A DNA stretch of 64,000 nucleotides from Macrostomum lignano (Eukaryota). This document shows, in pieces, positions 25,254 to 36,600 of this stretch (positions are counted from its first letter, which is position 1; each line of letters starts with the position of its first letter). Made by a program: the position numbers and the translations under genes. Under the pieces are notes generated by a model that saw only the letters and a program-made list of their open reading frames with translations, had not been told where the DNA came from and made no database searches. Location: NCBI GenBank assembly GCA_002269645.1, contig NIVC01001539.1, positions 62,001 to 126,000 of the forward strand, written 5' to 3'.

Positions 25254-28200
25254 AAAGTAGACAGATTTTTTAAGATTTCAAGGCTTATGGGAGCATTGCT
25301 GAGATGTCAAGGGGGGAGTTGATATGTTAAGGCTTGTGGGGGGGATTGCTGACATGTCAAGGCTTACACGGGTACTGGTAGCGTACTGAAGCATACTGGT
25401 AGAAGTAGCTCTGAAAGAAGGCAAGTATGGTTGAATTTCAATGTCTGTTATAAAATTCTGCACAAACATGTTTTATTGGTACATAAGCCTGGAATTAAAA
25501 TGAGAATTCGATTCCTAGCCCCCCCTCCCTAAGAATTTTTTTTCATTTTAAAGGATTCGTCCCTTGCTTATTGGCCACCCCGAAGGGGGGCGCTAGATTG
25601 CTAGTGTATTACTAGTTATGGTAGGCCTATTAGATGTCAGTTAAATTTAAGAACCTTTTAGAAAAAAAAGAACTAACGTACAAAAAGTGACCAAAGAGTG
25701 CATCTTTTAATCAGTCTAGGTTTAGGGCATCATATAGGCCTAGGGCTAGGCCCCTTGGCTTTGCTTTTGCATTGCATTCTAATTCTAAAAAAGCTTAAAT
25801 CAAGAAACTACATGTTATTGTTACATGTATGCCTTAGTTTAAATTTAGGTAGGCCTATTCTACTGAGTGAAAAACTAGAATACTATTAACCATTCTGCTA
25901 TGGTATACAATTTTTCATCTGTTTCAATCATTTTTTTAAACTAGGCTCAATTTTTGCCTCTTTTTTTAAGGTAACAGTCCACTTTGGTAACAGCCACTTT
26001 AGTAACAAGTAAGAATAATATTATATGTATTAATTCATATCCTCTGAAAGGATATGCAAACAAACTTTAAAGAAAAAGGGACAAAACACATGCATACTTG
26101 CATGTATTTAGGCCTAACTTGTTTAAAAGTGTTTTAACCAATCTATTTTAATTTCCAGATGAGTCAGATATATGCACCCAAGATATCCTGTAATTGGCCA
26201 AATATTGTGTACCATGTACATTAGAATCACTGATCTAGTTAGCAAATAGCAACTTAAAATTATAGAATCTAACTTTTTTCTTCAATAATTATTTTTTAAA
26301 AATTAAATTTTAATGTATATGCAATCTTGCTTTTCTTGATTTTCAAATTTTCATACAGTTTAACTAGAAAGTTTAACAATATATGCAATAAGATAGGCTA
26401 TTTGAGATGTTAATTACTAAACTAATTATTGCTAAACCTAATAATCATAAAAATAAAGTGTTAAACAGTTGTAAATCTGCTTTGTTACTGAAATGGTAGT
26501 TACCAAAATGGATTATATTCTTTTTGAAGGGCACAATTGTTTCACAAGGCAACTAGCCTTAGTTTCTAAATAAAGGCTACTAGCTGCTTAGCCTTGTCTT
26601 ATTTTTGTTTAAAATAGTATATGTTGATAGTAAATATATATATATATATATATAAAAAAGTAGTTTATTAGCCTATGTCTATTGCTTTTTGCTTTTATTG
26701 TAATTTTGCTAATTTTGCTTTTAAAGCCAAACTAAAAGGCCTAGTATAGAAGATACAAATGATACAATGGTCAATATAGTTGTTTTGTTTGAAATAATAT
26801 TTGAATAAGTAAGGCTTACTATATCTTCAAAATCATATTATATTTATTAATAGTTTCATAAATTTATATTAGTTGATAATAATAAAGATAAAACAAAAAA
26901 ATTGAACCAATTTGATTTGATTTGAATATTAAATACTAGAACTGATTCTAGTATAATATGTTTGTAAATAGCTTTATTGGATATAGGCCTATTTGATACC
27001 ATATAAATTATTCTAAGTAGTTTTCAAATAGGGCTTCTAATGTCCAATATATAGTATATAGCTAAATAGTAATAGGCCCTTATAAATATATTGAACATCT
27101 GTTTGATAAGAATTGTTATTTTGAACATATTGCTTAAATAAAAAAATGCTAAGTTACTTGACTCATTCAAGATCAAATCAAGTATATACCTTGTCCTTGA
27201 ATATAATATTATATCTTGTTGTAGCAAAATGTTTTTTTAAAGTGAAATTTATATCTATGAAAGAAAATATTGCATTTAAAACTAGGCCCCTAGGTTCCTA
27301 AAACTAGGATTTTGTATCCTAGTGCCCATGAAAACATATTTCATTTATAAATTATAGGATTAAATATTTTTAAGTATATGGTAAATAACTATACAGTATT
27401 TAAGTTTTCTTATGCTAAGAGAATATTCCTAGGTATTATTCATGTCAAGACTAGGCAAAATATTCATTTTTTAATTTTCTAATTATCATTATCATACATT
27501 TTTATAATTATAGATCTAGTAAATATACTAGTACAAAATATTAACATTAGTTAAGAAAGTCCCCGAGGTATATATCATTAATATTAAGCTAAGCTCTTAT
27601 TAATCTTGCTGATGCACTTATAGCCTTGAGCTATGGCAAAAATATAGGTTTTGAGTTTTAATTCTATAATCTTCTTAACAGGCTTTATTAGCCACACATC
27701 AATCTTATATGTTTTAGGAGTATTTCCAAATCTAAATTAATTCAATTAGTATTATTATTCAATAAAGTACAAATCATAGTTGCCTTGTAAAATTTAATGA
27801 TTTTGGTATTACAGGCAACATTTGTCATGACCCTAACCTCTAATATTCACTATGAGACAACTGACCTTTAACCTTAAGTACATGGATGGCTCCCTCATCA
27901 AAGTGCCATTCAGCATCCTGATTTCAGCATTAGGGTGCCAATTTTGGAAAACCAAAGCTAAAATTAAAAGTTTGACACATTTTTATTAGAGGCAGGGGGT
28001 TGTGTGCACCCTGGCACACTTTAAGCGACATAGGCACACAACTGGCAAGAGGCATTACTGCCCATTCCGCCAACTCCCCTAAGCAGGCATACAAGCGCAC
28101 AGATATGTACGCAGGCACACACACACCTAACTTATATTATCGTTAGGCATGTACACTTCACTGCGCCTTGGGAGGTTGGCTCTCAAGGCCATTAATTGCA

Positions 28201-28425
28201 CAAGCAGAGCCAAGCCGAGATTCCAATTCAGCCCCAAATTAATGTGACTGCACTTGGAATTGAGCCTGGGTCGCTGGCACACCAGAGCAGCTGCACTACC
28301 GCTGGGCTATGGCCTCCTTTTTGACACATTCTAGAGACTTTTATCTGCATTGGGTGGGATCGGGATCCCTTAGCTCTTAATTGCCAACTTATCTTGCCTT
28401 TTTCATGCCACAAACAGCCTCTAAA

Positions 28426-28695
28426 ATGCCTGGCAGTCCAATGGTGTTCCCCTATACCTACCTGGCCAAGGTGAGAAACTTTCCCTGGCGGGCATTCTGG
28501 AACGAGAGCCGAATGTTCCGCTTCATGACTTACACCCTGCCGGTGCCCATCTTCGTGCTGGCCAAGATTCGCAAAGCACTCGACTCCGAGGACAACCGGC
28601 GCCAGTGGAAGGAGATCCGCGGCCGGCGCTTGATCAACTTCTTTGATCCGTACGCGATTCCGCCTAATAAGATCCACCTGGATGATCATCATTGA
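28426..28695 (+). CDS. Small (89 aa) single-TM protein resembling the invertebrate CG30415/roh-like family (probably mitochondrial)
   Basis: GC-rich island with biased codons. MVFPYTYLAKVRNFPW...hydrophobic segment...KIRKALDSEDNRRQW...HH matches my recollection of the insect pattern MRYPYTFSAKIAQFP...KISKLANSPENKKAW...HH (from memory, not searched). Acceptor 8 nt before the ATG; AATAAA at 28856-28861. Confidence 0.7.
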   Translation: MPGSPMVFPYTYLAKVRNFPWRAFWNESRMFRFMTYTLPVPIFVLAKIRKALDSEDNRRQWKEIRGRRLINFFDPYAIPPNKIHLDDHH

Positions 28696-29008
28696 GTTGC
28701 TCATCCGGCTGTTTTAATGAAGCTTTACTCTGTCCTGACAGAAGTTAGTAAATTTGATAAGGAACATTAAGTTTAAATTCTAAAGCACCCATATATTTAG
28801 CATTAGAAAGAACTTTCTCTCTCTGTAGCAAAAGTGCATCCTTGAGGTCAAGTCCAATAAATTACCAACCTGGCCATCTCTCTGATAGTTTTGTCCAATA
28901 AGTGACTAGGAAACAAATATAATCAGTGTGGCATAACACACAACTGACTCCTGGTCTACACTCTCTAGACTGCTACTTATAACTTTAGCCAAAACTGTTT
29001 TGTTCTTT

Positions 29009-30003
29009 TGAAGTACAATGGGGTTTCTTCCCGGTTTAGGCCCTTGCGGATTACCTTCAGACTCGGGCCTCTTCAGTGGGAAGTTCTCTCAACTCTCTCA
29101 GTAGCGTAGGTAGTGCTGCCACCAGTTCCTTCAGGTCTCGGCCTTCGGTGAGGTGAGCTTTCCGTCGGAACGAAATAATGAAGTCAACGAACACAGCACG
29201 ACGTGCAGATTTGCAGCTCAACGTATAAGGCGTCTCGTCAGCAGCACCTGCCGGGCTTGGATGGTACAGGGAGGGCTGAGTTAGCCTCTCGTAGACTTGG
29301 GTTGGTTTGGTCGGGTCTCAGTCGGAGCAACAGGAACAGAATCAATGTGCGCAAAGACTCGGACACTCGGGACTTAGTCACACGCGGACGTAGAACTCGA
29401 GGTTGAACAGAAGGAAGACTCCTTGACGGAAACAAGGGGAGAGGGCTCCTATTTATAGCCGGGAAATTCCCACGCTCCAGACCTCGTGACTTGTTCTATT
29501 TTTAGAACTGACGTCACTCGAGAGTCTCAGGCAGGGTTCAAGCGCGCGGAAGACCTCGTGACTTGTTCTATTTTTAGAACTGACGTCACTTGAGGGTCCC
29601 CGGCAGAGTACACATGGCTGTGACTCAGTTGCTAATTTTAGCAACATGAGTCACTCCTCTCCTTAGGAAAGGGAGGGGTCCGAAAGCATGTGACTCACCC
29701 GGTAAACAGGGCCAACGAGTGCAGTAAACATGTTTACTGCACTTTAAGACTCAAAGAACGCAAGAGCTGTCATGTGACTTGCTCACAAGACAGGGAAAAC
29801 GGGACGGGAGCGAAACAGAGACAGCCAACAGTCGAGAGACTGAGGGCTGAGAACGGAAACGCAGCAGGGCGGAAAGGACACGGGGGCAACAGGCAAGCGA
29901 AAGGAGGGCGGGAAGCTGACCAGCGGCAGACAGCAACCCAGGGCGGAGGCGAGGGAACAGCTGACAAGGGCGACGCCTAACCATAAACTAGCGGCTCACT
30001 ACA
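29009..30003 (-). repeat. 3' LTR (995 bp)
   Basis: By eye it differs from the other LTR by 3 single-base indels and 1 substitution. Confidence 0.95.
29450..29697 (-). promoter_or_regulatory. LTR promoter/enhancer: TATA box, kappaB-like site, two MEF2+CRE modules, three AP-1 sites
   Basis: TATAAATA (-, 29450-29457); GGGAAATTCCC 29461-29471; CTATTTTTAG 29496-29505 and 29568-29577; TGACGTCA 29509-29516 and 29581-29588; TGA(C/G)TCA 29621, 29647 and 29691. The same set occurs in the 5' LTR. Motif matches only. Confidence 0.6.
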
Positions 30004-30015
30004 CTCTCCCCGTTC
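30004..30015 (-). other. Polypurine tract
   Basis: GAACGGGGAGAG immediately precedes the 3' LTR on the minus strand. Confidence 0.75.
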
Positions 30016-30645
30016 AAATAAAGAGGCGGAGTGAAGGCGGAGCGCGCCTTTATTTAAAAGGTAAACTGCAGAAAATAAAATTTTGATTGGCAAAAAGGTG
30101 GTAACTTTGGCAGAATAGCAGAGAAGGGGCTGGGTTAGGCCCATGATTGGAACCCTAAACGCGTGTGCGGGGGCGCCTGCCCGCTTGAAGTCAGCGCCTA
30201 AATACCGGGTTGCACAAATAACTGCAGCGCCCGTAAAAAGGATGGCAAATACCGGTAATGGGACAAAAGAAGCCACAGTGGGCTATAAAAGCGCGGCTGG
30301 GCGAGGCCGTAGCTCGTACTACCGCCCCATACGGTATTAATGGAGTCACACCAAAGCATGAAGGGGGGCGCCAGCCCCATGATACGCAAGAGGCGCCTAA
30401 ATATGGGGGATGCGGGAGTTCATGCAGAGCCCCGGGGGAAAAGGCAAAAGACTGGCCACAAGGGCACAAATGGTTGATGCCGAAAATGAGCACAAAGGAC
30501 AAATGCCGCTCATATACGAAGAGGGGAAGTAAACGGCGCGACTGCGCAAAAATTCGCACGTGCAGCGCAGGGCTGCTGAGGGCGCTAGCAAAAGGGCGCG
30601 ACGAAAATTGGAGTCACCTGGGGTTTGTCAGTCCAGGGTTTAAAG

Positions 30646-32619
30646 TTACTCTTGCCGGTCACAGTGGCGCACGAGATCCGGGACCTCCGGCGTCCGACCC
30701 GCCATCTGGGCCGCAATTAGCCGGGCGACGACGCGGGCCGTCTCGGGATGCGGCGGACGTCTGAGCGTCGGTGCCGCGAGCTGGGCGGCCTCGTCCATTA
30801 GTCGCTGCCGATCCTCATCCGTAAGGGCGCGGAGACAGGCCCATCGCGGCCAGTCCGCGAGGGTTGGCAGTCGGTTCAATTGGGCGGCAGCAGTCAGCTG
30901 TTGGGCGATAAAATACACCGCCTCAATATAGCGGTTAACGGCAGCTTGAACAGCTGGCGAAAGGCCCGGTGGCGACGATCCGTTGTCCTCGGACTCATTG
31001 TCTGATGAGTCTGGGTCGCGTGGCTCCGGCGAGTTGGGCGGTGCCGGAGGGACTGCGTTGTTTGTAGGCAGGGCCTGTCGCAGCTCGGTGGTTAGCTCCT
31101 GCAGGGTGGTCGCCTCCGAATTGTTGCCGTCAGTCTGGCAGGCGGCCTCTACTCTGCCTGGGGCCACGGGGTTCTCCGGCTCGGGAACAGTTGGCAGCCA
31201 GACTTGGTCGTCGCGGGGCGGTGAAGCCGGTTCCAGTCGGAGCTCTGGCCCCGCTATTCTGCAAAGAAAAACTGAGTTGGGGGCGGGCTGCGCCGACGGT
31301 TTGCTGGCGTCATCCGACGACTCTGGCCGGGCGTCCCGAGTTTCGATCTTAGTCGATGTTGGCGTCGGCTGCCGGGGCGCGAGCTGTTGTCGAAGCTCCG
31401 CTAGGCCTTCGGCGACGACTTCGGCGGCCGACCCACCGGCCGGTTGGTACTTAGTAGTCGGGCTTAGCCCCGGGGAGTCCGGCTCCGTCAAGTCAATGAA
31501 GACGGGCGTCGGCGGTCGGGGACGCTGGCGTCTCGATCCTTGAGCCTGATCAGCCGTCGCTGCGGGCTTAGGTCTCTCGCTGCTGTGGCCCGCGGCCTCT
31601 CTAGCCTGATCCTGCTCGACTTGCCAACGGATCTCAGCGATTCCTTGAGAGATTCCGTCGGTCGATGCAGTGGCTGCCAGGCTCGATGATGGGGCGGCCG
31701 CAATACGGCGAACAACGGGCGGGTTCTCCGAGGGCGTCCCCTCGGCACCGGCGGTCCGGTTGTGCCCCGGCCGCTGTCGCCTGCGGCGCCTAGGACGTGG
31801 CCGGCGTACCTCTAGTGGCGGTGACGGGGCTCTCTCCTCCTGAGGAAGGGTGAGCCGTAGCCGGGGAGGGATTCGGGCAACCTCCCGGTGTTCGCCCGAC
31901 TCAAATTGGCCGCCGGCTGCCCCAATGGGCGGACCTGCTTCGGCCTCGTGCCGCGAGCGGCGATGGCGATTCTCCGCCGACGGCGTGCGCTCAGTGCGCT
32001 TGGCGGTACGGCGAGAGTGCATTTCTGCGCTGAAATGCGTTTCGATTTGTGCGCGGATGCGGGCGGTGCGGCTAACATAAGTCTTAGCCTTAGGATTAAT
32101 AATCAGCCTCTCAGGCTGCCTACGATTCCTAGCCGGCCTACCGGCATCTACAATTCCTACTGACGCTTCCACCGGAGTGGTGCATAGCGACGGCCCAGGG
32201 GTCTGGACCACAGAAAAGGCAGCACTGGGGGCGGGAGCAGAAACGGGAGGAAAAGAAACAGCAGGCATAGACGCATCAAGAACAGGCTCATGCAAATGAC
32301 ATTCACCATACGGCACTGGCTCACGCCGAAGTGCACTTGCCTGGTTCGCTGGTGTCGTGACCGGTCCACCTCCTGGCTGCACCTCCGGGATCGCCAAAGG
32401 CCGGAAGTGCCATCGGAAGGCCGGCCTTGCGTCGTAGCCGTCATCATCGTCATCGTCGGGGTCGTCCTGGTCGTCCTCGGGATCGGCGTCAGGGTCGCGG
32501 GTCCTGCGCCGTCGGGACGTCGGGCGGTCGCCGACGCTTCTTCGGTTTGTCGACTTCAGGATCGGAAGTCCTCGTGTAGTCAGCGTCGGGCACGAGCAGA
32601 AGGTTCCGGCGATGGACGA
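30646..32619 (-). CDS. Long C-terminal extension of gypsy integrase (includes ORF 30646..32397)
   Basis: Same frame as the integrase ORF and open from 32619 to 30646. VVHRRNL lies in the -1 frame just after TAG 32620. The region has an acidic tract and the gypsy tail motif RPARNRRQPERL, followed by about 485 more codons. Confidence 0.65.
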   Translation of the reverse strand, partial: SSIAGTFCSCPTLTTRGLPILKSTNRRSVGDRPTSRRRRTRDPDADPEDDQDDPDDDDDDGYDARPAFRWHFRPLAIPEVQPGGGPVTTPANQASALRREPVPYGECHLHEPVLDASMPAVSFPPVSAPAPSAAFSVVQTPGPSLCTTPVEASVGIVDAGRPARNRRQPERLIINPKAKTYVSRTARIRAQIETHFSAEMHSRRTAKRTERTPSAENRHRRSRHEAEAGPPIGAAGGQFESGEHREVARIPPRLRLTLPQEERAPSPPLEVRRPRPRRRRRQRPGHNRTAGAEGTPSENPPVVRRIAAAPSSSLAATASTDGISQGIAEIRWQVEQDQAREAAGHSSERPKPAATADQAQGSRRQRPRPPTPVFIDLTEPDSPGLSPTTKYQPAGGSAAEVVAEGLAELRQQLAPRQPTPTSTKIETRDARPESSDDASKPSAQPAPNSVFLCRIAGPELRLEPASPPRDDQVWLPTVPEPENPVAPGRVEAACQTDGNNSEATTLQELTTELRQALPTNNAVPPAPPNSPEPRDPDSSDNESEDNGSSPPGLSPAVQAAVNRYIEAVYFIAQQLTAAAQLNRLPTLADWPRWACLRALTDEDRQRLMDEAAQLAAPTLRRPPHPETARVVARLIAAQMAGRTPEVPDLVRHCDRQE

Positions 32620-33610
32620 CTAGTTCGTCTCGTCTAGCTCTCGGGTTGGCAGTCTCCGTCGTATCTTGTAGACGACCTCGCCCTTGGGCTCGACGACTTC
32701 GTATAAGGCTTTGCGAGGTCGATGAAATTTCGCCGCTTCGTCCGGTTTGAGCACCGGGTTGTTGAGGAAGACCAGATCGCCGGGTTGGAGCTTCTTGGCG
32801 GCGGGCAGGTTCGAGTAGTGCTCGTCTCGCAGTTGTTGGTGCAGGTGCAGGCGCTCCTTGGCCAGCTCAGTCGCCTCGTCCAGGCGACACTGGAAGTCTT
32901 TGACGTAGTCGGGCAGATCGGCGTACTCAGGCAGCTTCTTCAGCGCGTTGTCGATCGGGAGTCGGAAGTCACGGCCGAACACCAGGTAGTGAGGCGTGAA
33001 ACCTGTCACCGGGTGGACGCTGGAGCGGAGAGCCATCAGGCAGGCTGGGAGGTAGGTATCCCAGTCGTTGTGGTTGCGCTCAAGCAGACAGGTGAGGACC
33101 TTCTTCAGTTGTTTGTTCAGATTCTCGACTTGTCCATTGGAAGCTGGGTTGTATGGTGTTGTTGTCGTATGCCGAATGCCAAACAGGTCGCAGAACTTCT
33201 TGAAGGCCGAACCGGTGAAGTTGGTGCCTTGGTCGGTGTGGATCCAGCATGGTACACCGAACTCGGGGATGAAGCGCTCCTGCAGAAGCTTGATGACTGT
33301 TTTGGCTTTCTGGTTTCTCATCGGGTAGGCGAATGGATACTTCGACGTCGCATCGCACAAGGTCAGGATGTAGCGGTTGCCGCTCTTGCTCTTCTGCGCG
33401 ATTGGTCCTACTACATCACAGTGTATTCTACCCAGAACTTCGCAAACTGGAAAGCTCTGGACCGGAACTCTCTCTCGCCGTCGCGATTTACTTTCAAGGC
33501 AGGTGCGGCACTTACTGATGAAGGTCTTGGTAGTACGGGCTAATCCGGGTCTCCAGAACCGTTCTCGTAGCCGCAGTAACGTCTTCGTCTCGCCGAGGTG
33601 TCCACACAGT
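32620..33610 (-). CDS. Integrase (HHCC zinc domain and DDE core)
   Basis: GHLG...RERFWRPGL...CRTC, IHCDVVGP, CDATSKYPFAYP, IHTDQGTNF, NGQVENLNK. One frameshift near 33605 joins it to the upstream Pol frame. Confidence 0.93.
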
Positions 33611-36600
33611 GGGAACTGTGGAGCTCCTGGAGCACCTGGGCGTCAAGGGCCTCAGGCAGAACAACCTTGGGCGGCTGCTGTCCATCAGTCAGATCAATCA
33701 GCAGCAGGCCGTTGTCCTCCTGCAGGTTCTCGTAGTATCCGAGCAGATTCCGCTGCTCCTTAGTCAGTCGCAACCGGGCGTCGAACTCAGGCTTCGGGGC
33801 TTCGTTCTCGACCAGGTTGAGCACGTAGCTGATGGCTCGGTCAGCGCGTTGGGCGTCAACGAACTGTTGGCGAGTCATCGGCAGCTTCAGAAAATCAGTG
33901 AGCACAGCGCGGCATGGCTGAGGGGTCATGACTCCCGCAGTCTCCGCTTTAATGGCTCCAGGTCGATCACACGGCACCGTCTTGTCGGCGTCAGGATTAG
34001 GTCGCTCCGAGGGACTTTGTCTCACAACGTCGGCGTACGTCCGTTGATCTAGAATCGAAGTTCTCTTCATCGCTCTCATGACAGAAAAATCCGCAGATGG
34101 AGCAGCGCGCATGCCTCCACTGCATAGCCCAGGCGACTCTTGGCTGTAGGGCGGGACGCAACACGTGAAGCACGCCTCGTCGCTGGCAGCCGTAGCCGTC
34201 GGCTCAATCGTAGTCAAAATTGGGTGAGTCTTCTCCTGCACTGGGCGGTGTCGCAAAGGGGGACTCGACTTTCCGCACAGGCGATGAGCAGCTGTCTGTC
34301 GGCCCGGGGGACAGAGCTTCGACCTTGCAGCTGGCGCGAGATTCTGGCCTCTGTCAACACGGCGAGAAATCTCAGCGAAAGGCTCGGCGGGGTTGTAGTT
34401 AAATTGCTTGCCTGGAGTTGCGTTGCGGGCCGTCATCAGAAGGGCTGCTGGTGCGGTGGCCTTTGAATCTTGGTCCGTGGGCGTCTCCAGAGTCCGAGAC
34501 CTGTAGTCTTGGGCGTCGTCAAGGAGGTCTGTGTCCACAGTGGCCTCAAGGTCTTCGTCCAGGTTGGTCTCCAAGTAGCGGCAGTCGGCGTGGGCATCGT
34601 TGCAGAGGGCTGTTGTCACAGTGGCCTCTGAGTTGTCGTCCAGGCCGAACTCCAGGCGTTGACTGCATCGGTGGGCGTCGTGCTGGAAGGCTGCTGGCGC
34701 GGTGGCTTCCAGGTCTTCGTCCAGGTCAGTCTCGGCCTCCAAGGAGCGAGAGTGGACAGTCTTCGGGAGGGCTGCTCTGGCAGTGGCCTCGGGTGTCGCG
34801 TCCAAGTCCGTTTCCAGGAAACGTCGGCGCTCAGTCTTGGGGCTGTCGCCGGCACCGGGTTGGGCTGCAGAACCGGGTGGTTCAAGGAGTCGGCCATGCT
34901 CGAAGGTGATCGGTGGTGTCTCCGGTCTTCTTGACAGGGCGTCGGCGTTGACGTGGTCCTTGCCTTTGCGGTGGTTGAGCTGGAAGCGGAACTCGCTTAG
35001 GCGTTCGATCCAGCGGCCTAAAATACCTGTGGCCTGAGTCTGGTTCAGTAACCACAGTAAGGCCCGATGATCGGATCGAACTTCAAACTTCTTGCCAATT
35101 AAATAATGACGGAAATGTCGCATAGCGTCCACAATTGCAAGCAGCTCTTTCTTCGTGACCGTGTAGCGCTTCTCAGGATCGCGAAGTTTACGGCTAAAGA
35201 ATGCAATTGGACGTTCGACGCCGTCGGATTGCAGTTGTCCAAGGCAAGCGCCTATTCGAATATCAGAGGCATCCGTGTCGAGGACAAACTTCACAGCAGG
35301 ATCAGAATTAAATTCAGGCAGAGCGAGAACTTCAGTAGAACACAATTTCTTCTTCAAAGTGTCGAACGCTAACTGATGCTCGGGAGTCCAATGCTGCCGC
35401 AGGCTGCCAATGTCCTTTCGCGTCAGGGCATGCAGCGGCGCAGCCACTCCAGCGTAGCCGTCGACAAACTTGTGGTAGTAATTGGCGAGGCCTAGGAATT
35501 GTCTCAGTTGAGTAACGGACTGTGGCACGGGCCAATCACGGATCTGCGCAATCTTGTCCTCACAGGTCTTCAGGCCGTCGGGAGTCACGACGTGACCTAA
35601 ATAATGCAGCTCCTTGAGGAACAAATGACACTTCTTCGGTTTCACTTTGAGGTTGGCTGCGATGATGCGCTGGAGTACAGTTCGCAATTATCCAGCTGTT
35701 CCTCAAAGTCACTGAGTGCACCACGATGTCGTCCATGTAGCCAAGCGCAGTCTTTGGCGTCAGGCCGTCCAGGAGCTTATTGATGCAACGCTGAAAGCTG
35801 CCGGGACTATCGTGGAGACCCATCGGTAGAACGTTAAAACAGAATTGGCCGCGGTCGATTACTGAGAACGCCGTCAGGTGCTGGTCGCAGTCCGCGCAGC
35901 GGGATCTGCCAGAATCCTTGAGCAAGGTCCAGGCTGGAATACCACTGAGCACCACGAAGCTTCGCGAAGGTTTCCTGGATGTGCGGCAGCGGATACGGGT
36001 GATACACACACCTGTCGTTGAGAGCTCTGAAGTCGTGGACTAGTCGGATGTTGCCGTCCTTCTTGGGCACGATGAGCATTGGCGAATTGTAGCTCGAGTA
36101 GGCAGGGCGAATGATGTGCTTCGCCAGCATCTCGTCTAGCAGGGCGTCGAGCTTGTCCTTCAGATGAGGCGGGATTCGGCGCGGTGGTAGCGCAACTGGT
36201 GTCCGGTCCTTCAAGATGATCTCGTGGGTCACCAGGTGAGTCAGGCCGGCGTCTAGCGGTGCTTGGAGAAGGCCGCTTGACATTCGACTAGTAGATCTCG
36301 CACTCTTTGATGTTGTTCTTTGGACAATTCGCTGTTGATCTCGACTTCATCTAGCCATGCTGTGCTGGACTCTTCAGAGTTCTTCGGGAGATGTCGCACT
36401 TCAGGTTCTGGCGTCTCGCTCAAGTACATCAGGTCGGCAGTTCGGAGTGGCGTCGCGACACCAACACGGATACCGGCTTGCAGAAACACTTCGCTGTCAG
36501 CGGTGTTGACGACCTCAATGTAGCCGCGACCTTCAGGCATCGTCATCAGAGCAGGCGCTGCCTCCAGAGCGTTGCAGCTGGGATGCAGCCTCGACTTAAC

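Larger units (their letters stand above)
21067..25604 (+). mobile_element. Non-autonomous Helitron-like element H4
   Basis: CTAG|TCCTATATACTAAAAATG start; the first 600 bp are homologous to H1 and H2. 3' CCCC-GAA-GGGG hairpin, then AGATTG-CTAG|T (25601-25605). Confidence 0.8.

Noticed and set aside
29203-30764. Short ORFs in the LTR and 3' UTR (duplicated at 38627-39408)
   Set aside because: No recognisable motifs; overlapping on both strands, as expected in GC-rich non-coding DNA.
30646-32397. env gene
   Set aside because: No signal peptide, TM helix or cysteine pattern; in frame with integrase and contains integrase-tail motifs.
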